Origin: Auanema rhodensis
Lineage: Eukaryota > Animalia > Nematoda
NCBI GenBank assembly: GCA_964057225.1
Contig: OZ059894.1
Span: 17,608,001-17,672,000 of the forward strand
Direction: 5' to 3'
DNA: 64,000 nucleotides
A program made the position numbers and the translations under genes. Below, piece after piece: positions 39,296-51,598 of this stretch; within the stretch, counting starts at the first letter, position 1, and each line of letters starts with the position of its first letter. The notes under the pieces were generated by a model. That model saw only the letters and a program-made list of their open reading frames with translations, did no database searches and was not told the origin of the DNA.

Positions 39296-42200
39296 ATGAC
39301 GACAGACATCGCTGTACGGGGCCATGCTGACTATGGCGGTGGAGGTATGAATGATGAGGAATACGACGAAAATTCATCAGCTCGACTTTTCGAGCGTAGT
39401 CGTATCAAGGCCTTAGCAGGTTAGTATATTATAATTTATAATTTATTTTTGTATTATATTGAATTGATCTAATTATCCATTCTTTAATTTTTACTAGTTT
39501 CGGTTTGATATACATTAGGAAGTGTTGAACGTTGATAGTTTTGTCCAGTATTTGTTGATTTTCTAAGTTGCTCTCTAGTATAGAGATCGTATTTTAGCCG
39601 CTGACACATTTCGTTTTGTGTTCAAAAGTTTGTTAATTAGTGAAAAGCTCTTTTTAAAAAGACTCTGCAAGTGCTCTCGAAAAGTTCTGCATTTCTTTTT
39701 TTCTTTCTTTGTGCTAATTCGGGAAGTGAAATAAACAAATGACACTTAAATAGGAAAAAATCGATATCTTGAGAGAATGTAAAACACAATCTAGAGCTTG
39801 CCTTCAGTCTTGCACAGCACCAGCTTTTTCTCATTCATTTCAATGAGATCCATTGGAATATAAAACAGAATGGAAAGTATGGTAGACTGCATTATAGTCC
39901 ATTTTTGAACATATAAATAGCATATCAGATGTAAAATATGGGTTTCTTTCTATTTTTATGTTGCAAAAATTAATTTCATTTTCATAAAAAAACTCTTAAA
40001 AAAACATTTAAATACATTTATATAAATAATTAATTTATATAATTATTTTGTATTTTTTTTTGTTATTAAAGAATAATAATGAATATTATTATTGTAATAT
40101 TCATATAATTTGACTAATTGTTCTGAGATTGAAAGGTTTTTCGTTTTTTTCTTTTGTAATAGCGCTTAGCCGTATAGGTTTCAAGAGAATTTTGTTGTTG
40201 TATTAGGGGGTTTTCACATAAATTAATTGAATTACTATTAGTAAATGTAATTACATCGGTTGAATCATCATCAGATTCTTATGTTTTATAATTAACTTCA
40301 GCTTCTAAAATGATTGTTTTTTCAATTTTTAATCAAATGAATAGATTATTGGTAATAGTTATGTAATAATAACTTTGCCAATTTTTCATATCATCCTTCA
40401 AGGGTGCATCATCGCACCTGTCAGCTCAAATGACGCTGTTTCACCTTGTCAAGGAGTAGATAAGAAAATATTGGCTGTAGCATTCTCCCTCTCTATGCCA
40501 AGGAAAAAGGTGGCTGGCAAAACCTCAGGCAAAAAGCGGCCTGTAGGTGCACAACAGTCGACGTCAGACCTTCCGATTTCCGATAGTAGTACTGTGCTAG
40601 CTACAGAATCTGATGAAGCGCTACTTTCACCTGCTATTACTCAGGAGCCACTTGAAATATCGTCGGCTGGTATTGGTGACATTTCTCCACCAACAGTGTC
40701 ACCTGTGGATGCTGTTGAAGAGACTTCTACTGATCCCAGGCCAATTACTCTAAATGTGGTTATTGATGAAAATCTACAATCCGTCTCAGTGCAGGGTATT
40801 CGTGAGAATTACCTCGGACAACTATTGTCACCTTCGATTTTATCGAGCACAGTTAGTCCTGCTTCTGAGGCATGTCCAAGTCCAGGACTCTATCCCGGTT
40901 CTGTAGCCTCACTTAATGAAGCTCGACGTAAATATATTTCTGATCCATCACATACTGACCATATTGAATGTCCTTCTGCTGTTACTCTGGATTCTGAGAT
41001 AGGTCGAAGCAATATTAGTATGGATTATAGAATCAAACGTTTAAAAGGTATATTTTTATAAATTTCAACGTCATTATCTATATATATTAATATTAATATT
41101 AATCTTTTACTCATTACTGTTATTCAGAATTACAATGAAGTAAATATTTTGTTCTAAATGATTAATAACCTATGTGTAAAGATATAGCTCTATTGATTGT
41201 TTAGAATTGCTTTTTCTCGTCCTTATAGTGTTGTCGTGGGCGATAAGGGAGGGCAGAAGACATGATTATTGCGAGTGTTCAGCATCCTTTGACACAAACG
41301 TGTAAATTGTCAAAGATGATACTAAAAACTTCTTAAGAACTAAATAAGTAGAATAGAATTGAGAGAGAGAGAGGAGATAGAGAGAGAAAGAGTGAGAGAG
41401 AGAGGGAGATAGAGAGGAAGAGAGAGAAAGTATTATAAGGAAAAAAATAATAATTATATAGTGAATGATATTGATAGGAACGGATTGTTTCTTATGTGTT
41501 CAATTGAAATGATTTGAATTATGAAATTACATTGATGAAAGATCTTTATGTATCCGTTCATGAACATTTTCCTTTTATAGTGCCGCTATAACTGTGCTTC
41601 CATCATATAAGGTTAGCATTTAAAAGTTGGAAGATAAATTTTGATTTTGACTATTTGTTTCTCATTTTCTGTCCTTTTTTTGGTTTTAAAACAAACTAAA
41701 CATTGTAAAACTTTATCTATATTTGCTTATATTTGGTTTACATGTTAGTTAAATGCAGATGGGAAATATATTACGCCATATGCATTAGTTTGAATGAAAA
41801 TTGTTTGAGAACGAATGTAATAGCAAATCGAAGAATTTAATGAAATCAAGATTCTTTTTCTATATAATCGTTATTCGTATTATATAATAGAATATAAAAC
41901 GTTATAATCAAGTAATGAGAGACGAATTATCTTAATAAGGCTCTAGTCGTTATAAAACTTTTTTAAAGTTAAAAGAATGGATTTTCACATCAATTTGTAC
42001 ATGAAATGTTCTTGATTTTTCTTTAATTTTACTTTTATCTATAGATGAACGTGAGAACGTACAAAAGAAAACGTTCACGAAATGGGTCAACTCACACTTG
42101 GTCAGGGTGAGCTGCAAGGTTCAAGATCTCTATATGGATTTAAGAGATGGCAAGTACTTACTTAAATTGTTGGAAGTTTTATCGGGAGAACGCTTGGTTA

Positions 42201-45200
42201 GTTACAACATTTTCCTTATCAACTTATGATTTATTGCTTTTAGCCAAAACCTACTAGAGGTAAAATGCGTATTCATTGCTTGGAAAATGTAGAAAAAGCA
42301 TTGAATTTCCTCCGCGAACAGCATGTACATCTTGAAAATCTGGGTTCCCACGATATTGTTGATGGAAGCCCACGTCTTACCCTAGGTCTCATTTGGACCA
42401 TTATTCTTCGATTCCAGGTACTTTATCAGTATTTTGAAGATATTCACCTTGGTATTGCTTATAGATTCAAGATATCACCTTCGAGGATGCTGATAACCAT
42501 GAGACACGCAGTGCTAAGGAAGCTTTACTTCTTTGGTGTCAAATGAAAACTGCTGGTTATCCGAATGTCAATGTCCGAAACTTCACAACTAGGTATAATC
42601 TGATCTATTTCTTTCTTGTAAAACCATATTCAATCTTACAGTTGGCGTGACGGTTTGGCATTTAATGCCCTTATCCACAAACATAGGTGCGATTTGGTTG
42701 ATTATGAGAATCTGCAGAAGTCTAATGCCCTCTTCAATTTGCAAAATGCATTTGATGTTGCTGAGCAACAACTTGGTCTTTCAAAGTTTTTGGATGCTGA
42801 AGGTATAATGATGTAAATCATATGAATCAAATGTATATTTGGATCATTTTCAGATATCAATGTCGATCAGCCTGACGAGAAATCTATTATTACCTATGTT
42901 GTCACATACTATCACTATTTCAATAAGATGAAACATGAGAACATCCAAGGAAAACGTATTGGAAAAGTTATTAACGAACTTATGGAAAATGAAGAACGAA
43001 TTAACAAATATGAAACGATCTCCTCAGATCTATTAGATTGGATTAAGCAGACTATTGAGAAACTTAACGATAGAACATTCTCTAATTCACTTCAAGGAGT
43101 TCAAGAACAATTAGCTCAATTCAACACATATAGAACACAAGAAAAGCCTCCCAAGTAAAAAATTTTATTATATTAATGATTATGCTAACTATTATTTTAT
43201 TTTTTAGATTTGAGGAAAAAGGTGAACTTGAAGTTCTATTATTCACTCTTCAGTCAGCTATGAGAGCTAATAATCAAAGACCTTATGTTCCACGTGAAGG
43301 AAAACTAATTGGAGATATCAATCGAGTAAGTTTTCATTGTATTCAATTTTATTATAATTTGTTTATCTAGGCTTGGGAAGCTCTTGAGAAAGCCGAACAC
43401 GAGCGTGAACTTGCCCTCAAAGAGGAACTAATCCGTCAAGAAAAGCTGGAACAGCTTGCCGCCCGTTTCAACAGAAAGGCTGAGATGAGAGAAACATGGC
43501 TGACTGAAAACCAACGGCTTGTTAGCCAAGATAACTTCGGATCTGATCTGGCTAGTGTTGAGGCTGCTACCAAGAAGCATGAAGCCATTGAAACTGATAT
43601 ATACGCTTATGAAGAGCGTGTCCAAGCTGTTATTGCCGTTGCTGGAGAACTTGAAGCTGAGAATTACCATGCTATGGCTGATATTAATGCCCGAAAGGAT
43701 AACGTTGTCCAATTATGGAATTATTTAGTTCAACTTTTACTGGCCCGACGTGTCCGCCTAGAGCTTTCCATGGCTATTCAACGTGTGTTCCACGATATGC
43801 TTCTTACCCTCGATCTCATGGATGATATCAAGTCTCGTCTCTTATCCGACGATCTTGGAGTTCATCTTATGGATGTTGAAGATCTTCTCCAGAAGCATTC
43901 TCTCCTTGAGTCTGATATTAATATCATCGGAGATCGTGTACGTAACGCTGTTGGCCAAGCCGAACGTTTCAAGTCACCTGAAGGACCTGATGGCAGCAAG
44001 TACTTCCCAGTCGAGCCTTCAGTTGTTGAAGAGCGCTCGTCTATTCTCCAATCCCGTTATCAAGAACTTTTGGAGTTGGCTGCTCAACGCAAGCACCGTT
44101 TGGAAGACAATCGCCGTCTTTGCCAATTCTGGTGGGATGTCGCTGAGTTGGAACAAGGCATCAAGGAGCAAGAACAAGTTCTTTCTTCCTCAGATACCGG
44201 AAAGGACATTGTTACAGTCTCTCATCTCTTGGCTAAGCATAAGAATGCAGAGAACAACTTGGCTCAACTTGAGAAGAGTCTGGATAACCTTGATAAGGAC
44301 GGACACACACTTGTTCAAGAAAACATTCCTGGATCTGATAACATTCCTCCAAGACTTGATCAAATTCGAGAGTACATTGGCAAGCTCAAAGATCTCGCTG
44401 TCTTGCGACGCAACCGCCTATCCGGTGGAGTGGATTACTATCAATTCTTCACTGATGCTGATGATGTTGATGCTTACTTACTCGATACTCTTCGTGTTGT
44501 CAGCTCAGATGATGTTGGTAAAGACGAAGGAACTGTTCAACTTCTTCTTCGTAAACACGATGATGTTAGTGAGGAGCTTCAAGTCTTCGACGAGCACATC
44601 AAGCAGCTCTACCAAAAAGTCGATGCTTTACCTGTTGATGCCCGTGAACACCCAGATATCCGGGATCGTTTGGATATGACTTTGAAACGTAAGACCGATT
44701 TGGAAAATCTTGCTCAACTCCGAAAGCAACGCCTTATCGATGCTTTATCTCTCTACAAACTGTATGCTGATGCCGACAGCGTTGAAGCATGGATCGATGA
44801 GAAGGGTAAACTTCTTGCTACTCTTGTTCCTGGCCAAGATTTAGAAGAAGTCGAGATCATGAAGCACCGTTTCGAGACTTTAGAGCAAGACATGAACAAC
44901 CAAGAAGCAAAGGTTGCCACTGTCAACGAGTTGGCCCGTCAACTTCTTCATGTCGAACATCCCAACTCCGAGGACATCCTGCATCGTCAAAACAAGCTCA
45001 ATGCACGCTGGGCTCAACTCCGCGATATGGTGGATCAGAAACGTGCCGAGTTGGATCGTGCTCACCGTCTCGAGACTTTCCGTATCGATTGCCAAGAAAC
45101 TGTTACCTGGATCGAAGACAAGACACGTGTTTTGGAGGATTCCGACGCTCTTACCAACGATTTGTCTGGTGTTATGAAGCTTCAACGTCGTCTATCCATG

Positions 45201-48200
45201 ATGGAGCGCGATTTGGGAGCTATCCAAGCCAAACTCGACTCTCTTCACAAAGAGGCTGACTCTATCGAGCGTGAACGTCCATCTGAAGCTCATGCTATCC
45301 GCGAAGATATCAAGCGTATTCATCACGTAAGTATTTTCAATTCAATATTGGTTTTTATGTTATTTCTTTTTAGGTTTGGGATATCCTCAACAAGAAGGTG
45401 CGTGAGCATGAAGCTAAGCTCGATGAAGCTGGAGATCTCCAACGATTCCTCCGCGATTTGGATCACTTCCAAGCCTGGCTCACTGCCACCCAACGTCAAG
45501 TTGCTTCTGAAGACGAACCCCAATCATTGGCTGAAGCTGAACAACTTCTTAACCAGCATGCTTCTATCCGTGAGGAAATCGATGGATATGCCGAGGATTA
45601 CCGCAAGATGCGAGCTATGGGCGATCGCGTAACCCAAGATCAAACCGATCCTCAGTACATGTTCTTACGTCAACGTCTTGTTGGTCTTCAAGAAGGATGG
45701 GATGAGTTGCAATCCATGTGGAATAACCGTCAACACTTGCTCAGCCAAGGACTCAACCTTCAAATGTTCCTTCGTGATGCTAAGCAAGCCGAAGTTATGC
45801 TGTCTCAACAAGAGAACTTTATGACCAAGGATGAAGTCCCAAGTAGCTTGGAGCAAGCCGAGAATGTTCTCAAGAGATTCCAGGTAATATCGTTTTGAAT
45901 AACTTTTTTTTAATTTTAATCTTACAGGATTTCATGACAACTATGGATGCCAACGACGAGAAAATTCGTGCCGTCGGTATGTTTGGAGATCAGCTTTGCC
46001 AAGACGGTCACTATGCTGCCGATAAGATCCACAAGAAGGCTCGTAACATCGAAGAACGCCGTGAAGCAAACCGCGACAAGGCTAAGGATATGCTTGCTAA
46101 ACTTAAAGATGCTCAATCTCTTCAACAATTCTTGTCTGATTGCGAAGAATTGCGTGAATGGATCGAGGAGAAGATGATCCGTGCCCAAGACGAGACCTAC
46201 AGAGATGCCAAGACCATCACCTCCAAATTTGTTCGCCACCAAGCCTTCCAAAGTGAGCTTCAAGCTAACAAGGAACGCTTGGATCAGCTCCGCCAAGCTG
46301 CCATCCACCTTGAGGAAGATAAACCTGAGTTCCAAGGAACCATTGATCCTCAGATCTGCGAATTGGCTACCCAATGGGAACAATTGGAGAAAACTACTGT
46401 AGAGAAGGGACAAAAGTTGTTCGATGCCAACCGTCAACAACTTTATGTTCAATCTATTGCTGATATGAAGGAATGGGCTACTCAACTCGAAAAGGAAATG
46501 GTCCGCGACGATCCTGCTGCCGACCTCACTACCGTAAACGTGGCTATGCAGAAGCAGCATCTCATCGAGACCGAGATGATCAAGAAGGCTCAGCACATCG
46601 ACGAACTCAAGGAAATGGAACCTCAATTGGAAGAGATGCATCCAGATGAGTTGGAAGACATCCGTGCTCACCGTTTGGCCATCCAAGAACAACTCCAACG
46701 TCTCCAAGCGCCACTCGAAGACCGTCGTCGTCATTTGGAACGCAAGAAGGCTGCATTCCAATTTGGTCGCGATGTCGACGACGAATTGGATTGGATCCAA
46801 GATCGTCTGTTGGCTTCTCGCAACACCCAGCTTGGAGAGAGTCTTCCAGATTGTCACAGGTAACTAGATAAACTAGCAAGAACACCTAATTACATGCCTT
46901 TTCAGACTACAAAAGAATGCTCAATTACTATCCAACGAAATCGACAACCACGAGCTCTGGATCAACAGAATTTGCGACAACGGACGTGCCCTTATCGAAG
47001 GCGGCCATGAAAATTCTGGTGCCTTCCAACTTCGTATTGCTGAACTCAACAATGCATGGCAGGAGTTGAAGGATGCTCTTAGGGAGCGCAAAGCCAAGTA
47101 CGTTTACTTTCATGAAATGAAGATGTGCACTTTGATTTTGATGGTTTGCATCAAAGAAATTAAGTGTAGTTAGCTTAAAGAATGATGAATGATGATGATT
47201 CTAATGTATATTTCATTTAATTCTATTTGTTCTTCTCGTCATTATCATCTTTTCTTCATGTATTCATATTGATTTCATCTGACAACATTGAAAGAATATT
47301 TGTGAATACAATAAGAATGAAATGTTAAAGTTATCATCATCATCATCATCATCAGTGTACAAGATATCATTAGTGTTGAAATGAAATATAACAAATCATG
47401 ATTTGATTTGTTTCTTATCATAACTACTGACCCTATTCCGGTTTTTTACTTTTTTTTGTTCTTTTCAACCATCTCCCCTCCCAACGTTCTAAATTCGTTT
47501 ATATTCTATTCCTATAGAAGAATTCAAACTGTTAAGAAACAAGGTTCGAAGTCAAAAACTTTTTAATTGCTTTTTCTCAAACCTAGGCTTATTTATCTTT
47601 TTTCAGTCTTGCTGAATCTGAGAAGGCTCACCAATTCTTGTATGATTGTGGTGAGGCTGAGGCTTGGATGAGTGAGCAGGAACTCTACATGATGCAAGAT
47701 GAACGTGGCAAAGACGAATTTTCTACCAAGAATCAAATCAAGAAGCACGAACGTCTTCAGCAAGAGATTGACAAATTCGCTGACACCATCCGCGATTTGG
47801 CCAACAAAGCTCAGAAGTTTGTTGATGAGAAGAGTCCATTGAGTGATCAAATCATCCTCCGACAAGCCCAAATCGAGAAGTTGTATGCTGGACTTCAAGA
47901 TCTATCCAAGGAACGCAAGAAGAGACTCGAAGAAACTCTTGAACTTTATGCTCTTCATCGTGAAATTGATGACTTATTGCAATGGATCGCCGATAAGGAG
48001 GTAGGATTATATCAAATATTCATGATTATACTTACATTGTTTCAATCTATTTAGGTTGTTGCTGGAAGTCAAGAAAATGGACAGGATTACGAACATGTAC
48101 AGATGCTTCAAGAACGATTCCAACAATTTGCCCGAGATACCGAAGTTATTGGAGCTGATCGGGTTGCCAAGGCTAATGACGGTTGCGATGCAGTATGTTT

Positions 48201-49807
48201 CGAACATCTTTTTCTCTTTTCTAATATGAATCATTTCAGTTAATTGCTGCTGGACACACTGATGCCCCAACCATTGCTCTCTGGAAAGACAGTCTCAATG
48301 AGGCCTGGGAAAATCTCCTGGAACTTATCGACACTCGCGCCCAGATGCTGGAATCCAGCCGCCTTCTTCATAAGTTCTTCCACGATTGTCGCGACTGTCT
48401 TTCTCGCATCATCGAGAAGACACACAGCATGCCTGAAGAACTTGGACGCGACTCTTCCAGCGTGGGAGCCTTGGCTCGCAAGCATGCCAATTTCCTTACC
48501 GACATCGAAGCCATTGGAGAACAAGTTGCTCAAATCGAACGAGATGCTGGTTCCCTCCGAGATGGATATGCAGGAGAAAAGGCTATGGAAATTGCCACCC
48601 GTGAAAGTGAAGTTGTCAAGGCCTGGAGACATCTTAGAGCCAGCTGTGACGTCCGTACCTCTCGCTTACACGATACCAACGACTTATTCCGTTTCATTAA
48701 CATGGTCCGCGACTTGTTATTGTGGATGGATGAGGTTAAGAGAGAGATGAGCACCCAAGAACGACCGAAAGACGTCAGTGGTGTTGAATTGCTTATGAAC
48801 AACCATCAAAGCCTCAAGGTATATCTTATATAAGTTACAATATTTTTCTAATTTTTTAATTTTAGGCTGAAATTGATGCCCGTGAAGAGAATTTCAACAA
48901 CTGTATTTCTCTTGGACGTGACCTGTTGAACAGGCGGCACTATGCTTCAACTGAGATCGAAAAGAAGCTGATCAAATTGACAACCGAAAGAGCCGAAATG
49001 ATGAGACGATGGGAAGACCGTTGGGAATATCTTCAACTCAGTAAGTGGAAGATCGTTTTTTCCATGCTTGAGCACATTTCTCGTTAATAATATAAAAAAT
49101 TTCAGTTCTCGAGGTTTACCAGTTCGCTCGCGATGCTGCTGTTGCCGAGGCTTGGCTTATGGCTCAAGAACCATATCTTCTATCTCGTGAATACGGTAGA
49201 AACCTTGAAGAGACAATTGCTTTCATCAAGAAGCACGAAGCCTTCGAGAAGTCTGCCCAAGCACAAGAAGAAAGATTCTTGGCACTAGAGAAATTGACCA
49301 CCGTAAGTTGATACACATTTCCTTGAACATTTAACAATTAATGTGTCGATAACTAGTATAACTAGATAACATTATTCAAAAATTTTTTTGACTTATGTTG
49401 ATCCTCTTGAGTTAGTCTTTCTATTGTTTGCTTAATCGTCATTTTGCGGCATTCGCGACACGTTTTAGTGAGATGTTTATAAGATTTACGCTGTACTTAT
49501 ATATTCTTTTGAAAACATTGGGTTTCAGTACGAATTGAAAGAACGACAACGGGAAGAAGAAGAGACCCATCCTCGTGGATACGTAGGCTCCCCCTCCAGA
49601 TCTCAGCCCCACGAAACCACCTTTGCAACGGATCAAGACGGTACGTCCATTTCATTATTACCTACTATCCATTCCCATATCTTTTACCTGCAAAGTAAAG
49701 CAGAATAACCTACCGTACTCTTTGTGACAATAGCTTTTTTTTGAAATGATATTGTGTTATGCTTATCGTTGTTAGTTGAATAGTTAATCGAAAAGGACAT
49801 AATTTAC

Positions 49808-49838
<31 letters not shown>

Positions 49839-50955
49839 CTCTGCATGAATTTGATTTGCTGTGTAGTACCTTTGTCGTTTTTACAGAATTCAATATGACC
49901 CTAAGCAGTATGGATAGTGGAGCAGCTAAATCAAGTACATTGGGTCAGGCTTTAATCTTAACAGTTTATTATTTTTCTGATTTGGATGTAACATGTCTAA
50001 TGGTTCACCCTTAGCTTGTTTAATCACAAAATCTTTTTTTTTTGAAATAGTGTCAGTTTTGTCTTGTTAGTGTTGTGTTGTTTAGATCGTAGTCGGTTAT
50101 CATCGGAGCCTTCCGGCTGGAGGATGAGTCTTGCTCGAACTGCCAAGTTTGATTCCAAGGATGCTCGTGGTATGAATATGTTTTTGATAGTCGTTTTTAT
50201 GCATAAGCTATTGTCTCCTTTGTTAATTCAATGTGTTTTAAGTGAAATTTATTCAATTTTCAAGAAAATATTCAATATAATTCTTATTATTTTATAATTT
50301 TAGGCACTAAATCCGGAGATGCGTTCGAAGGTGTTTTAATACGAAAACATACCTATGAAGCATTAGACCGTAAATCTGCTAACCGATCGTGGGAGAAGTT
50401 GTTTGCCGTCTTACGGGGTAGTGAACTTTCCTTCTTCAAGGATTCCAAACATAGGTAAGTCATTTTATATTAAAATTCTCGCAATCATTCAGAGATTTGT
50501 GTGTGAATCAACATTTTCTGTGTTGAGCCACTCAAATCAACTCAAAAAATACGAAATAAGCATCTGGTGTTTACAGAGATGATGGAGCAACGTTCCACAA
50601 CGAGCCCGCTCTTTCATTGGCCGGTTGTTCTGTCACCATAGCTCAAGACTATTCAAAGAAGAAGAACGTGTTGTCTTTACGACTACCAGTTGGAGCCGAA
50701 TTCCTCTTGCAATGTGCTGACGATGTAAGTCCTTGTTTTTAACCTTTTCGGCTAATCAGTGGTCAATGATTTATATAAACATTGAATGTATTTTCATTTT
50801 CATTTTTTCAGAACGATCTTCAACGATGGTTAACCGAATTACAAGTCGCTACAGGTCAGTCACAACTTGAGGAGGCTTCCAGATCTCAGACACTACCTGA
50901 GGGATCACAAGCAAAGGCGAAGAAGGGTGGCTTCTTCTCTAGGAGTAAGAAGTAA
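39296..50955 (+). CDS. unc-70: Beta-G spectrin (two CH domains, spectrin repeats, PH domain), ~20 exons
   Basis: Exon 39287-39419 reads MTTDIAVR...[18 protein letters not shown] and splices to 42045 [19 protein letters not shown]...[15 protein letters not shown] (CH1) and [23 protein letters not shown] (CH2). Spectrin repeats run through the large exons 43371-45327, 45373-45882, 45928-46859 and onward. Tetramerisation region: [17 protein letters not shown] domain: [25 protein letters not shown]...EFLLQC...LQRWL. The protein ends [11 protein letters not shown] (TAA 50953-50955). Confidence 0.97.
40495..41047 (+). CDS. unc-70: Alternative N-terminal exon of beta-spectrin (184 aa, Ser/Pro-rich)
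   Basis: Long open frame in an otherwise AT-rich intron: MPRKKVAGK...[10 protein letters not shown], then a G|GTATAT phase-1 donor that joins 42045 to give [17 protein letters not shown]. This parallels the canonical [17 protein letters not shown]. Confidence 0.78.
49887..50169 (+). CDS. unc-70: Two small phase-1/phase-1 cassette exons in the spectrin-repeat-to-PH linker
   Basis: First exon: TTTACAG|49887-49934 (or -49943), 48 or 57 nt, (E)[15 protein letters not shown]. Second exon: TTTAG|50086-50169, 84 nt, (D)[27 protein letters not shown]. Both preserve frame between exon 49529-49640 and the exon starting at ~50304. Confidence 0.6.
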
Positions 50956-51598
50956 ATCCAACTATAAAATCCAACTCAGTGAATCAACCAGAGAGTCGTC
51001 CCTTAGTCTCAATATAACGTGATTATTATTCTATTTTATTATTCTGAATGCTTAAGTGAAAAAAATAAAATAAAGAATTGTTATAAATTTCAATAAGTTT
51101 TGTATTTTTTATAAAACGCAAACCAGACTAGGTGATTTCGAAAATTGTAAATGCACTTTAATAAAAATTTGAAAATTTTCCTTGTCTTTAGTTTTTTTTA
51201 TTCTTAATTATACTAATTATGTTGAATAATAATATTAAGATAAAGATATACAAGGGTGTCTAGTGGGTGTACGAGTCTGAGGTTCATCGCGAAAGACTGT
51301 AAACTAAAGTCTAAACATCTAAATTCAAGAAGAAAAAAGAGAATATATTATTATTTATTATTAAAAATTTATATTTTCTTTTAAGAAAAATAAGAAAAAG
51401 TATATTAAAACAAAAAAAAACAATTGAAATCCGTAATAATATAATTGATATGTTATAATATATGATATGATTAATATAATTAATTAATTAATGATTATAT
51501 AAATAAAAATGTTGAAATATTTTCAAAATTAATTAATATAATTAATTATAAAATATTAAAAATTTTAATGAAAAAATAAAATTATAATTAAAGTAATA

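Noticed and set aside
42590-42592. Apparent TAG near the end of a spectrin CH2 exon, and TAA at ~43156
   Set aside because: Both are out of frame or intronic once splicing is applied (ACT AG|T TGG gives TSW); the gene is intact.
45922-46857. 311-aa ORF antisense to spectrin, plus other antisense and off-frame ORFs at 43428-48802
   Set aside because: These are shadow ORFs. Biased codon usage in unc-70 (few TTA/CTA/TCA) removes antisense stops, the ORF limits coincide with the exon, and the translation has no recognisable features.
51254-51320. GC-richer patch with a TAGTGG/GGTTC flavour, like tRNA A and B boxes
   Set aside because: No cloverleaf: acceptor stem and T-arm pairing could not be formed.
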